Shown here: piece after piece, positions 16,825 through 25,505 of the stretch
How the letters are laid out: the number at the start of each line of letters is the position of its first letter
Position numbering within the stretch: position 1 is the stretch's first letter
Notes under the pieces: generated by a model
What the model was told of the DNA's origin: nothing
The model's database searches: none
Seen by the model: the letters and a program-made list of their open reading frames with translations, nothing else
Origin: a virus
Taxonomy: Duplodnaviria > Caudoviricetes
Reading direction: 5' to 3' (one strand)
Virus record (IMG/VR): IMGVR_UViG_3300033076_000509
Span: 1 to 60,223 of that record
Length of the DNA stretch: 60,223 nt
Made by a program: the position numbers and the translations under genes

Positions 16825-17804
16825 GTGCGAGTGACGCGCAGTGCCAAGGTGACGCGGGTGATCGTGGAGACGCTATCGACGTTGAAGCGCAGCGTGCGAC
16901 CACTGACCAGCGCCGTGGTCCAGCCAGTCAGGGCCGTGCTTTGCCCCTTGTTCGACGCGGAGATTGTGGGCTTGTCGCTGCCCGTGATCGTGTCCGCCAC
17001 GGTCGGGGGATAGTTGGCATAGGTATCCTGCCAAATGTCCACGACAATGGAACCAGACTGGTCCGCCAAAAGCGTCCACTCTGTCACCGTACAGTTCCAC
17101 GGCACCGGCAGATCGCCCTTGACGCCCGTGGTGATAGCCGATCCGCCACCATCGATCGCGATGGCGATCATGGCAGGGGAGGTCGAAACCGCCTGCGTGG
17201 AATTGTCCGGAAACTTAACGCTCGTACCGACGATCACCTGGCCGGACACGTTCGCGTTGCCCGTGACATCCAGCGCCTGCGTCGGGCTTGACTGATTGAT
17301 GCCGACGCGGGAACCGGTGAACACGAAGTTGGCAGACCCGGCAAAGGACCCGGTGGAATTGTATTGGACCTGCTGGTTGGAACCCGCCGCCGCCGTGGAC
17401 GAAGGCGTGTTGACCGACAGGAATACGTTGGTCCCGTCGCACGTCACAAGCGTCTGGTAGCCCTGCGACACCGCAACCGACGTGCCGCCGCCGCCGCTGG
17501 AGATCGTGACCGTAAACGCGCCCGTCGAAGAGTTCTTGACCACCCACGTCCCGCCCACGCCGGTCGGGATTTGATAGGTGACGTTGGCCGTCAGGGTGCC
17601 ACTGATCGCGAGTTGCTGCGCCTGATACTGCGTCGCGGTGAGGGCAATCGTGCCGGATTGGGACGTGACGTTAAGCGACGTAGAACCGCCGAGGGCCTTG
17701 TCGATAGTGTCCCAATCGGCGTTGACCGGAACATCCCACGTGCCCGCGTAGTCGCCGCTGCCGGGCTTCTCGATGTTCTTGTTGGTCGTGTAGGTCGAAA
17801 CCAT
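16821..17804 (-). CDS. tail fibre protein
   Basis: N-terminal IEKPGSGD...TWDVPVNADWD; QVQYN linker; C-terminal beta domain. Confidence 0.75.
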   Translation of the reverse strand: MVSTYTTNKNIEKPGSGDYAGTWDVPVNADWDTIDKALGGSTSLNVTSQSGTIALTATQYQAQQLAISGTLTANVTYQIPTGVGGTWVVKNSSTGAFTVTISSGGGGTSVAVSQGYQTLVTCDGTNVFLSVNTPSSTAAAGSNQQVQYNSTGSFAGSANFVFTGSRVGINQSSPTQALDVTGNANVSGQVIVGTSVKFPDNSTQAVSTSPAMIAIAIDGGGSAITTGVKGDLPVPWNCTVTEWTLLADQSGSIVVDIWQDTYANYPPTVADTITGSDKPTISASNKGQSTALTGWTTALVSGRTLRFNVDSVSTITRVTLALRVTRT

Positions 17805-17813
17805 GTCCCGCTC

Positions 17814-19634
17814 CTAAATCGCGTGGTCGGCAGTCTTGAGGGCATGGGCGATTGTGTTGTCGTCCACGTTCAGAAGCGGCTTTGTCGTCGCGGCGTGTTC
17901 CTTGTGCGCCTTGCCAGAGAGTTTCAGTAGGCGGTCCACGAGATGGTCAATGTCTCCCACCTTGCCGCCGGACGCGCGACCGATGCGACCGCCTTGGTTC
18001 TGGCCGCCGGCAATTTCTCCGCCGTAATACGGGATGTAGTGGACAAGATCGTCCGGCACGCGCGCCAGTCCGGGCACAAGGCCCTCGGCTGCGCGCTTGG
18101 GGGCTTGGGCTGCGCGACGAACCGCACCCGCGCCGTAGTTCATGCTTCCAACCATACGTGGAGACGAACCCATAGCCTGCGCCGCAGCAACAGCCGGGCC
18201 AGCCACGGGATGCACACCGTAAAGTTGGGATGCAATGACGGCGTTCCCGATTATGTGCATGGCATCAGACAAAGATGCGTGCGTGCCCGCTCCTGCCAGC
18301 ATGTAGGGCAATTCCTGACCGGCCTGCGTCGCACCCAACTGGTCAAGAAGCGACTGCTTCTCGGGCTTGCGCGCGGCAGTCCGCAGCCGGCTCACGGTCG
18401 TTGACGCGGGCGCCGTCTGGCCGAGGCCGAGTCCGCGCGTGAGATCGTTTACGTTCTGGATGTGCCCCTGATAGAATTCCATCAGCTTGGCATATTGCGG
18501 GTCCTGCGCCGCAACAGTGGATCGAGCCGCGTCGTAGAGTTTGTTAATGGCCCGCTTGGCTTCGGTGTTGCCGGACTGCTCGCCCAAATCCCACAGGGCG
18601 CGCTTCAGCTTGTCAAAACCTTCCATCGTCTGCGCGGCAGGATTCTGGCGGTAGGCATTGATCAGCGCCTCCGCTCGGTCAATCGTGACGTTGGCAGGGC
18701 CAAAGTTGTGTGGAGACCGGACACCAGCGAATTGCGTGTGCTCACGCGCTTCACCAAGAGCCCTGTCCATTAGCGTAAATGGCAAAGGCGTCTGGTTGGC
18801 CCGAATGGACCCCATTTCAGTCAAATAGCGTTGACTGGCATTGTCGCGAATTTCCTCAAGGGCACGCCGCGCCGTTGAGGATAATTCGGCAATGTCACCC
18901 TGCCCGCGATGGAACCGGAGGAACGCATCACGCAGCGCGGGATTATCGCTAGCGCCGGCCCGTTCTGCGACCTGCAACAGGCTACGGGGCACGCCCGACT
19001 GTGCGGATTGGATGGTCTGCGCTACAGACCCAACGGCCTTGGCGCCCTGTCCAGCGGTAAACATGGCGCCCTGAACCGGATCAATAGCCCGCGCAGCAAT
19101 TCTTGCTGCCCGTCCCGCCATACCCGGCGCAGAGCCCGCCACGGTCAGGGGCAATGACACGTCCATGCCTACGCTGAATGGATCGGTCGCCACGGCCTTC
19201 TTGAACCCCGCCATGGACCCGTAGCGGTTGGCGTAGTCGGCACCGATGGCGTTCACCACGGCTTCGTCACGGGCCTTCTGTTCCGGGTCTTGGTCCGTGA
19301 ACATCCCCTTGGCCTTGGAATACAGACCCGTGCCGACTTGCCCGATGGCGCCCGCAGTTTCTACTGGATTGGTGACCGCCTGATAGATGCTCTTCCCGAC
19401 GTTGAGCGCGCTACCCGGCGCATTCCGCAAAGCACTGCCGGCAACTTCCGTCCACGGTGCGGCGCCCCAATCCTTGGCGTCGGACGCGGCGGCAGGTTCC
19501 GGAACGCCCATCTCCCGGTAAAGCCGCTGCTGCGAAGATTGTTGCGGCGGAATCGGCGGCACGGGCATCGCGTTTGGCTGGGCGTCTTGGTCAACGCCCA
19601 TCTCACGCAACAGGCGGGAGTAACTGTCGGACAT
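17814..19634 (-). CDS. putative DNA ejection / internal virion protein
   Basis: Large Ala/Gly-rich helical protein after the SLT-containing protein. Confidence 0.6.
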   Translation of the reverse strand: MSDSYSRLLREMGVDQDAQPNAMPVPPIPPQQSSQQRLYREMGVPEPAAASDAKDWGAAPWTEVAGSALRNAPGSALNVGKSIYQAVTNPVETAGAIGQVGTGLYSKAKGMFTDQDPEQKARDEAVVNAIGADYANRYGSMAGFKKAVATDPFSVGMDVSLPLTVAGSAPGMAGRAARIAARAIDPVQGAMFTAGQGAKAVGSVAQTIQSAQSGVPRSLLQVAERAGASDNPALRDAFLRFHRGQGDIAELSSTARRALEEIRDNASQRYLTEMGSIRANQTPLPFTLMDRALGEAREHTQFAGVRSPHNFGPANVTIDRAEALINAYRQNPAAQTMEGFDKLKRALWDLGEQSGNTEAKRAINKLYDAARSTVAAQDPQYAKLMEFYQGHIQNVNDLTRGLGLGQTAPASTTVSRLRTAARKPEKQSLLDQLGATQAGQELPYMLAGAGTHASLSDAMHIIGNAVIASQLYGVHPVAGPAVAAAQAMGSSPRMVGSMNYGAGAVRRAAQAPKRAAEGLVPGLARVPDDLVHYIPYYGGEIAGGQNQGGRIGRASGGKVGDIDHLVDRLLKLSGKAHKEHAATTKPLLNVDDNTIAHALKTADHAI

Positions 19635-22600
19635 CAGTTCACCCTCCCCGTGATATAGCGATACATGCCCGGCCCATAGACACGCTCAAACACGGCGGGC
19701 GTGAGTTTCTTCACCATGTCCGGGAACTGTTCCCCGGCATGTGGGTTGATCATGAAATGCAAGGGCGACGCTTTCTGGTCCGCACCCGGAACCTTATTCG
19801 GCGTCATCACATCCATGAGCATATTGCGTTCACGACGATAGTGATCTTCGCCGAAATCCTGATTGAACGCATTGACCACGTTGGCGCCCAACGGGAATAT
19901 GCCGCCTGCGCCCTGTTCATATTTCTTTGCGTATGCGGCCAGATCAACCGCTTTCTGATCCGCAACAAACAGGTCGGCAATCATTGTCTTGATCGTATCC
20001 GGTGACAATTTCCCGTTGACGATTCCCTGCTCAAGAAGCGGCAACGCAATAGCCGACCGTTCTCCCATACCTCTGGCCTGCTCGGCGACGCGTCCAAAGA
20101 ACGCCTTGCGCGCGATTTCGCTTGCCGCAAGTTCCTTGGGGTCGAACTGTTCCTTGAAGCCAGCAATACGCATGGCCGTGTTGATAATGCTAGCCAACTG
20201 CTGCCGATCTTCAATCATGGCGCCAGATGTCAACCATCCATCTGGGCGAACTGCATTATCAGCAAGTTCAAGCAACGCGGCACGATTGGACTGTGCAGTA
20301 TTGCCAGCATTCTTCAGAGACTGAACGTATTCCCGAATCCTACCGCGCGTTGCCTCATCCGGAACTGTCTCTTGATACAGGTTCCGCTCTGCATCCATTT
20401 CACGTTGTCCAGCCGACCGAACCGGGACTGTATAAAGATATTCGGACGGATTGGTTGCCTCTGTGGGCTTGTCAGGCAGGGCAACCCCTTTTGGCAACGC
20501 TTCGGGCTTCGGGGCGACGGGGGCGGGAGAAGCCACGCCAGGAACTTCCGGGACCGCAGGGGCAGCACCTGAAGGAGACGCCGCCGTGGGGACGCCCTGA
20601 ATGCCGTTGGGGACAAGGCGCGGGGCTTGGCCAGAACGCATGCGAGCATAGAAATCATTGGCCAACATGCGCGTCGGCTTGCCATCCGGTCCGAACACGA
20701 TGAACTGACCCGTCGCCTTGTCGTAGGCGTTCAACGTCATCGCGTGTTGCTGGACCTGCTGTTGCAAGCCAAGGTTCGCGGCCTGCGTGTTCTGCCCCAT
20801 CCGACCAGTATCCAGCGCCTGCTGACGCTGTTCCAGTTCCGCCGCCTGCCCAATGCCCTTGGCCGCGCCCGCAGCGCCTTGAAGCAGCGCAGCGCCCAGA
20901 TAGCGGCTCGGGGACGATGCGGTTGTGCCAACGAATTGCAACGCCGGCAGAAGCCAATCGCGGTTCCGGTCAAGCCACCCGCGTTCGCGAGGCTGCTGGA
21001 CTTCGCCCTGCGTCTGGCCGAACGATTCACGCGGGGCAAGGCCCTCGGTCATCGTGGAGACGTTGGTTTCAATCGGACGCTCGGTCCGTGGCGCAAGGCC
21101 CGCTGTCGCAGTCGCGGGGTTAGAAACGGGCATACCCAGCCGACGAGACACATTCTGCCAGTAACGGGGATCGCCGCCGCCGTTATATGCCTCCGCCACG
21201 TTCTGCCAGTGCGCTTCGTTCTGCGGATCATACCCAAGATGCCGGGCTTTTTTCGCAAGGTATTCCATGGCGAAATTGGCATTCGCTTCGGGGTCAATTC
21301 GGCGATCTAGTGGAATAGGCGCGACACCATAACCCGGACGTTCTGCCGTTGTTCCTTTGATCTGTCCGAGGCCAACAGACTGTCCGTTGTCTCCCACAAT
21401 CGTTGGGTTTAGTCCGCTTTCTTGTGCAAAGATGGCATTCGCCAACTTGAGAGGAACGCCATGTCTCTCTGCTGCTGCGGCAATGATAGATGGAATTGAG
21501 CCAGGATCGTCCGGCTCGCCGCCTTCGGCATATCCTACTCGCCCGCCGTCTTCAAACCCCAACAGCCCACCAAGCCAACCCACGCCCTTGCCAATGGTGC
21601 CAGCAGCGCCGATCAGACTTGCGGCATCTTTGATTGTGCTACCAAGTCCACCAGCCGGGGAAGAACTCGGCGGCTGTGCCGGATTTAGTTTCGCGTCGGT
21701 CTTGCCTTGAGGAATACGAAGGCCGGCGGCAGGCTCATAAATCCCCTGCGGCGAGTCATCGTTATCCGCGACCAGACCCCCCGATGCTTTCGGCTCTGCA
21801 TCCCACGGACGGTCGCCCCACTCTTCCTTCGGTGCAAACAGCCCTTTGACAAAATCTTCAGCCTTGCCCGCCGCGCCCTTGAGTCCGTCATAGGCTTTCC
21901 CAAGCCCCTGAGCGGTATTCCCCATATCGGCTACGTCCTTGGCAAGACCGGCCACCTCTTGCAAACCAGTCTTCGGCGGCCCACCCGTGGGGGCCTTGGC
22001 CGTGACCAGAGACGGCACATGCAGCGACGCAGCCGGCACAATGCCTTGCGCCCCACCGCGCGGCGTAGTGCCCGGCTGACCGCCGTAAAGCCCCGCCTGC
22101 GCCCACGGCAACGCGGCATACATCTGCGCCCTCTGCGCCGCGAGAGACGCCAGATCATTAGGATCAGCAAACCCGCCACCGGCATACCGACGCGGGCGCA
22201 ATCCGCCGCCGTATTCCGCCGCGTCGTCCGTCGCCGCCTCATAGTCCACCGTCTTGTAGCCGTGAGACTGGCCGACCGCCTCGGGGTGATGCTGTTCCAC
22301 GTCCTGCGCGACAAGGCCAAGCTGGCGCTGCGGCTGCCCCTTGTAGCGGAACCGGACGATCTTCTGACCGTCGTAGGTCTCGCCAATCGGCTCCACATCG
22401 TCCTTGAGCCGTTCGTCCGAAAAGAACGGCATCGGTTGCGTCGTGGACGTGGTGGACCCGGACAGTGCGCCCGTGCCCATAGCGATGTTTGCGAGGAACT
22501 GCGCCACTTGGAACGGGTAGGACTGCTGCTGGAGGAACTGGTTATACAGCGCCGACAAACCCGCTTGCTCGGTCTGCTGACCCACTTGACCGGCTTGCAA

Positions 22601-23323
22601 CTGCGCCTGCGCGCCCTGCAACGCGGCGTTCTGGGACGCGGCACCCAGTCCCGCCACACCCTGCCCGTAGCCGGTGAACTGGTTGAACAACCCCTGCCCG
22701 GTTTGCTGCAATGCAGCACGATTGGCCTGATCGGCGGACAGTCCGACGCCTTGCTGTTGCTGGGCGGTGCCAAGCGCCTGCCCGTAGCCTTGGTTCAACA
22801 GGTTCGCGATGGTCTGGGAATTCGATAGGTTCTGCTGGTAGGCAAGGTTTGCCTGGCCGATGTTCGCGCGGTCGCCACCGAAGGCGCCGGCCTGGATGGC
22901 ATCGCCCTGCATGGCACTGCGCTGCTGGGCGTTCTGTTGGTTCTGTGCCGCCATGGTCGTGCCCAGCACGGTCCCAAGATAGGGCGACATATATTTGTTG
23001 ATCGCGGCGCTATCGAGGTTGGACGGATTGACCGCCTGCCCGCCCGCGAGCGTGAACGGCACTGCCGCGCCAAGCCCCTGTCCGAAGGCTTCCGTGGCCT
23101 GCCCGAAATAGGGCTGCGCCATACCCGCAGCGGCGTTGGTATTGGCTACGCCGGCCTGCTGGGTGGTGTTGAGCGGGGCAACGAAGGCGTTGGGGTTGGT
23201 GGAATAGGTCTGGAAAGGCGTCTGGGCGACGTTCTCCGCCCGCGCATTGACGGCATTATACCGCTGCAACACCTCCTGCGGGATTTGGACCTTACTGGTA
23301 GTCGTCCCGGTCTTGCCGCCCAT
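19634..23323 (-). CDS. internal virion / ejection protein with S74-type chaperone and lytic transglycosylase domains
   Basis: Gln/Ala-rich N-terminus; SDERLKDD...GLVAQDVE...VDY; AIFAQESG...GLGQI...AYNGG. Confidence 0.8.
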   Translation of the reverse strand: MGGKTGTTTSKVQIPQEVLQRYNAVNARAENVAQTPFQTYSTNPNAFVAPLNTTQQAGVANTNAAAGMAQPYFGQATEAFGQGLGAAVPFTLAGGQAVNPSNLDSAAINKYMSPYLGTVLGTTMAAQNQQNAQQRSAMQGDAIQAGAFGGDRANIGQANLAYQQNLSNSQTIANLLNQGYGQALGTAQQQQGVGLSADQANRAALQQTGQGLFNQFTGYGQGVAGLGAASQNAALQGAQAQLQAGQVGQQTEQAGLSALYNQFLQQQSYPFQVAQFLANIAMGTGALSGSTTSTTQPMPFFSDERLKDDVEPIGETYDGQKIVRFRYKGQPQRQLGLVAQDVEQHHPEAVGQSHGYKTVDYEAATDDAAEYGGGLRPRRYAGGGFADPNDLASLAAQRAQMYAALPWAQAGLYGGQPGTTPRGGAQGIVPAASLHVPSLVTAKAPTGGPPKTGLQEVAGLAKDVADMGNTAQGLGKAYDGLKGAAGKAEDFVKGLFAPKEEWGDRPWDAEPKASGGLVADNDDSPQGIYEPAAGLRIPQGKTDAKLNPAQPPSSSPAGGLGSTIKDAASLIGAAGTIGKGVGWLGGLLGFEDGGRVGYAEGGEPDDPGSIPSIIAAAAERHGVPLKLANAIFAQESGLNPTIVGDNGQSVGLGQIKGTTAERPGYGVAPIPLDRRIDPEANANFAMEYLAKKARHLGYDPQNEAHWQNVAEAYNGGGDPRYWQNVSRRLGMPVSNPATATAGLAPRTERPIETNVSTMTEGLAPRESFGQTQGEVQQPRERGWLDRNRDWLLPALQFVGTTASSPSRYLGAALLQGAAGAAKGIGQAAELEQRQQALDTGRMGQNTQAANLGLQQQVQQHAMTLNAYDKATGQFIVFGPDGKPTRMLANDFYARMRSGQAPRLVPNGIQGVPTAASPSGAAPAVPEVPGVASPAPVAPKPEALPKGVALPDKPTEATNPSEYLYTVPVRSAGQREMDAERNLYQETVPDEATRGRIREYVQSLKNAGNTAQSNRAALLELADNAVRPDGWLTSGAMIEDRQQLASIINTAMRIAGFKEQFDPKELAASEIARKAFFGRVAEQARGMGERSAIALPLLEQGIVNGKLSPDTIKTMIADLFVADQKAVDLAAYAKKYEQGAGGIFPLGANVVNAFNQDFGEDHYRRERNMLMDVMTPNKVPGADQKASPLHFMINPHAGEQFPDMVKKLTPAVFERVYGPGMYRYITGRVN

Positions 23324-23326
23324 GCT

Positions 23327-23815
23327 TTACTCCGCAGGGTGGACGATGCCAGTCGTCGCTCCATACAAAAAGAAGGCCCCAGTCGGTTCCCCAAATTGCC
23401 GCTTGTAGAGCCGGACCTTCGCCTCCGTCCGACTGTTACTCAATACCCCAATTATGAGAGGAATTCCAAGGGTATCAGCCACATGCTTGGAAAACTCACA
23501 CAACCGCCGCGCCCGCCCCCCTTTTGCCGCCCGGAAATCAGGATGAATGAAGATTCCCTTTTCTTCCGCGACAGGCTTGTCGGAATACCACAGGTCCGTG
23601 ATCCGGATCAGCACGGCACCCTCAATCTGCCCACCTTTGGGGCCGATGATGCCGCAGATTCCCCGATCCTGATTGAGCGCCGCCCAGATTTGTTCCAACA
23701 CCTTGATCGGGTTTGGCTCAATGAATCCGTTTTCCTCGCAAGCCTCCCCGGCCAGCGCCATCAACTGGTCCAAGTCCTCTGGCGTGCCTATGCGAACGTC
23801 CAGTTGGTCCGTCAT
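23327..23815 (-). CDS. GNAT-like acetyltransferase-fold virion-module protein
   Basis: FIHPDFR...ARRL...RLY pattern; typical podoviral position. Confidence 0.6.
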   Translation of the reverse strand: MTDQLDVRIGTPEDLDQLMALAGEACEENGFIEPNPIKVLEQIWAALNQDRGICGIIGPKGGQIEGAVLIRITDLWYSDKPVAEEKGIFIHPDFRAAKGGRARRLCEFSKHVADTLGIPLIIGVLSNSRTEAKVRLYKRQFGEPTGAFFLYGATTGIVHPAE

Positions 23816-24033
23816 GTGTCGCCAGCCATATTGCGCTCAATATCGTTCAAAATAGATCGCACGGATTCTTCTCGAATCGTCATGCTGGTTTTAAACAGTG
23901 CAGCATTAATAGCATCCCTCGTAATACTGTATCCAGTAGAACGGGGTCTGGCCTCTGTAAAAGGGATGATAAACGTCTCCATTCCCTTCCGAAAATCGCA
24001 AATAGCATTCATCGTTATTGTTCCCCTTTTCAT
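23812..24033 (-). CDS. hypothetical low-GC protein
   Basis: AT-rich ORF coupled to the GNAT gene. Confidence 0.4.
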   Translation of the reverse strand: MKRGTITMNAICDFRKGMETFIIPFTEARPRSTGYSITRDAINAALFKTSMTIREESVRSILNDIERNMAGDT

Positions 24034-24037
24034 GCAC

Positions 24038-25087
24038 TTAGTCCCGCTTCGGCCCCGGAAGGCCCTTCAACGTCTTGATCGTCTCCGCACGCTTGCGCAG
24101 CACGTAGGCGTCCAGAACCCGATGCCCGCGCTCCATGTCCCCGTCACCAGCAAGAAGGACCTCCTCGGGCGAAGCCACATATTCACCGCCTGCCGCCACA
24201 ATCGGGACAGCGCCAGCGCCGCCGCCACGGGCACGGGGCAGTTTCTCCCCATACGGCGTGTCCGGCTGCCCGTAAAGCGGACCACCCGCGTAGGGGTCTT
24301 TCCGCCCGCTGTAGGGCCGTTTGCCGCCGTCGTAGGCGTTGCCCCCGTAGTTGATGCGCAAGTTCTCGAACATTCGCTGGATGGCCTTGAAGCCCGCCGC
24401 CGTGTTCCCTTCGCCATGCGCGCTCACCACATCTGCCGGAAAGACGTAAGAGCCAGAAGGGACGTGCATCGGCAGGTGATCAGTGCGACCCGCCACATGC
24501 GACTTAATCGGTCCAACGTGTTCAGTCACGGTGGTTGCGGACCCGCCGCCAAGCATGCCGCCTGCGTCGCGGGCCTTGCGGGCGATATTTACGGCAGCAT
24601 CTACTGAACCACCGGAAGCCCGAGTTTTTCCTTTTTTCAAATCGCGGATGTCTTCCATCGTGTAGGCATTCCATCGTTTCCCCGCTTCATCGCGAGTGAT
24701 GAAATTGCCTTCTTTGTCCAGAAACCCGGTATTATCCGTTTCTTCATGCCATTCGTTGCTTAGTCTGCCCCATGCGCCAGTTTCATCGGTCGGGGGAATT
24801 TGATTAATCGCGGCCTGATGTGACCATCCAGAATAAATCTTCCCAGTCTTGGGGTCGCGCATTGCCGCGCGAATACCCTCAACTTCACGCTGCGATTTCA
24901 GCAATCGCTCATAATCCGAAGCAGTGAGTCTTTTGGCGTACGGATCATAGCGGCCACCTGCCGCCCGCGTCTTTCGCGCCACGTTCAACGCGATGGCGAT
25001 GGCCTGCTTCTGAGGCTTACCGGCGCCGATTTCCGTGGCGATGTTCTTTGACACAGCGGCCTTGGATGCGGACTTGATCAGCGGCAT
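24038..25087 (-). CDS. virion-associated protein with xxxGG motifs and an inserted domain
   Basis: MPLIKS...QKQAIAIAL N-terminus; GRTDHLP...GSYV and GGEYV motifs. Confidence 0.65.
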   Translation of the reverse strand: MPLIKSASKAAVSKNIATEIGAGKPQKQAIAIALNVARKTRAAGGRYDPYAKRLTASDYERLLKSQREVEGIRAAMRDPKTGKIYSGWSHQAAINQIPPTDETGAWGRLSNEWHEETDNTGFLDKEGNFITRDEAGKRWNAYTMEDIRDLKKGKTRASGGSVDAAVNIARKARDAGGMLGGGSATTVTEHVGPIKSHVAGRTDHLPMHVPSGSYVFPADVVSAHGEGNTAAGFKAIQRMFENLRINYGGNAYDGGKRPYSGRKDPYAGGPLYGQPDTPYGEKLPRARGGGAGAVPIVAAGGEYVASPEEVLLAGDGDMERGHRVLDAYVLRKRAETIKTLKGLPGPKRD

Positions 25088-25088
25088 T

Positions 25089-25505
25089 CTACCCTCCCGA
25101 TCCAGAGGCCATGATCGTGCAAGTCGTTGCCGTGGCGTAGCACTGGACCGTCTCGCCCGGCGCCATCGGCATCGCTCCCTGCCACTGCATCAAGCTGTTG
25201 GCCGGCACGTTCGCCCCGTATATCAGCGCATTGGACGCGCCTGCAGTGCCACCCGGAGACACGATGGAAACCCACACCTGCGCAGGGGCCGCGTCCGTGT
25301 TGCAGATGTCGATGTTCGTCAGCACGACGTTGTTGTTCGGCTGCACAGTATACAGCGTCGTATAGGCCAGCGCCATTGCGCCGCGCCCCATGTTGATGCG
25401 GCTGGCAAGATAATTGGACAGCGTGTTGACTGCGACGACGCCGTTCTTCAGCGTAGTCAGAAGATCGCTGAGGGACGATGCGTTGGAGAAGATGGAGCCG
25501 CTCAT
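25089..25505 (-). CDS. virion structural protein
   Basis: TTLYTV...NIDICNT beta-rich domain in the tail module. Confidence 0.65.
   Translation of the reverse strand: MSGSIFSNASSLSDLLTTLKNGVVAVNTLSNYLASRINMGRGAMALAYTTLYTVQPNNNVVLTNIDICNTDAAPAQVWVSIVSPGGTAGASNALIYGANVPANSLMQWQGAMPMAPGETVQCYATATTCTIMASGSGG

Noticed and set aside
22937-24607. 556 aa + strand ORF and other long antisense ORFs (27188-28579, 35252-36517, 38313-39608)
   Set aside because: These are shadow frames of well-supported minus-strand genes in high-GC DNA, with no motifs or RBS.
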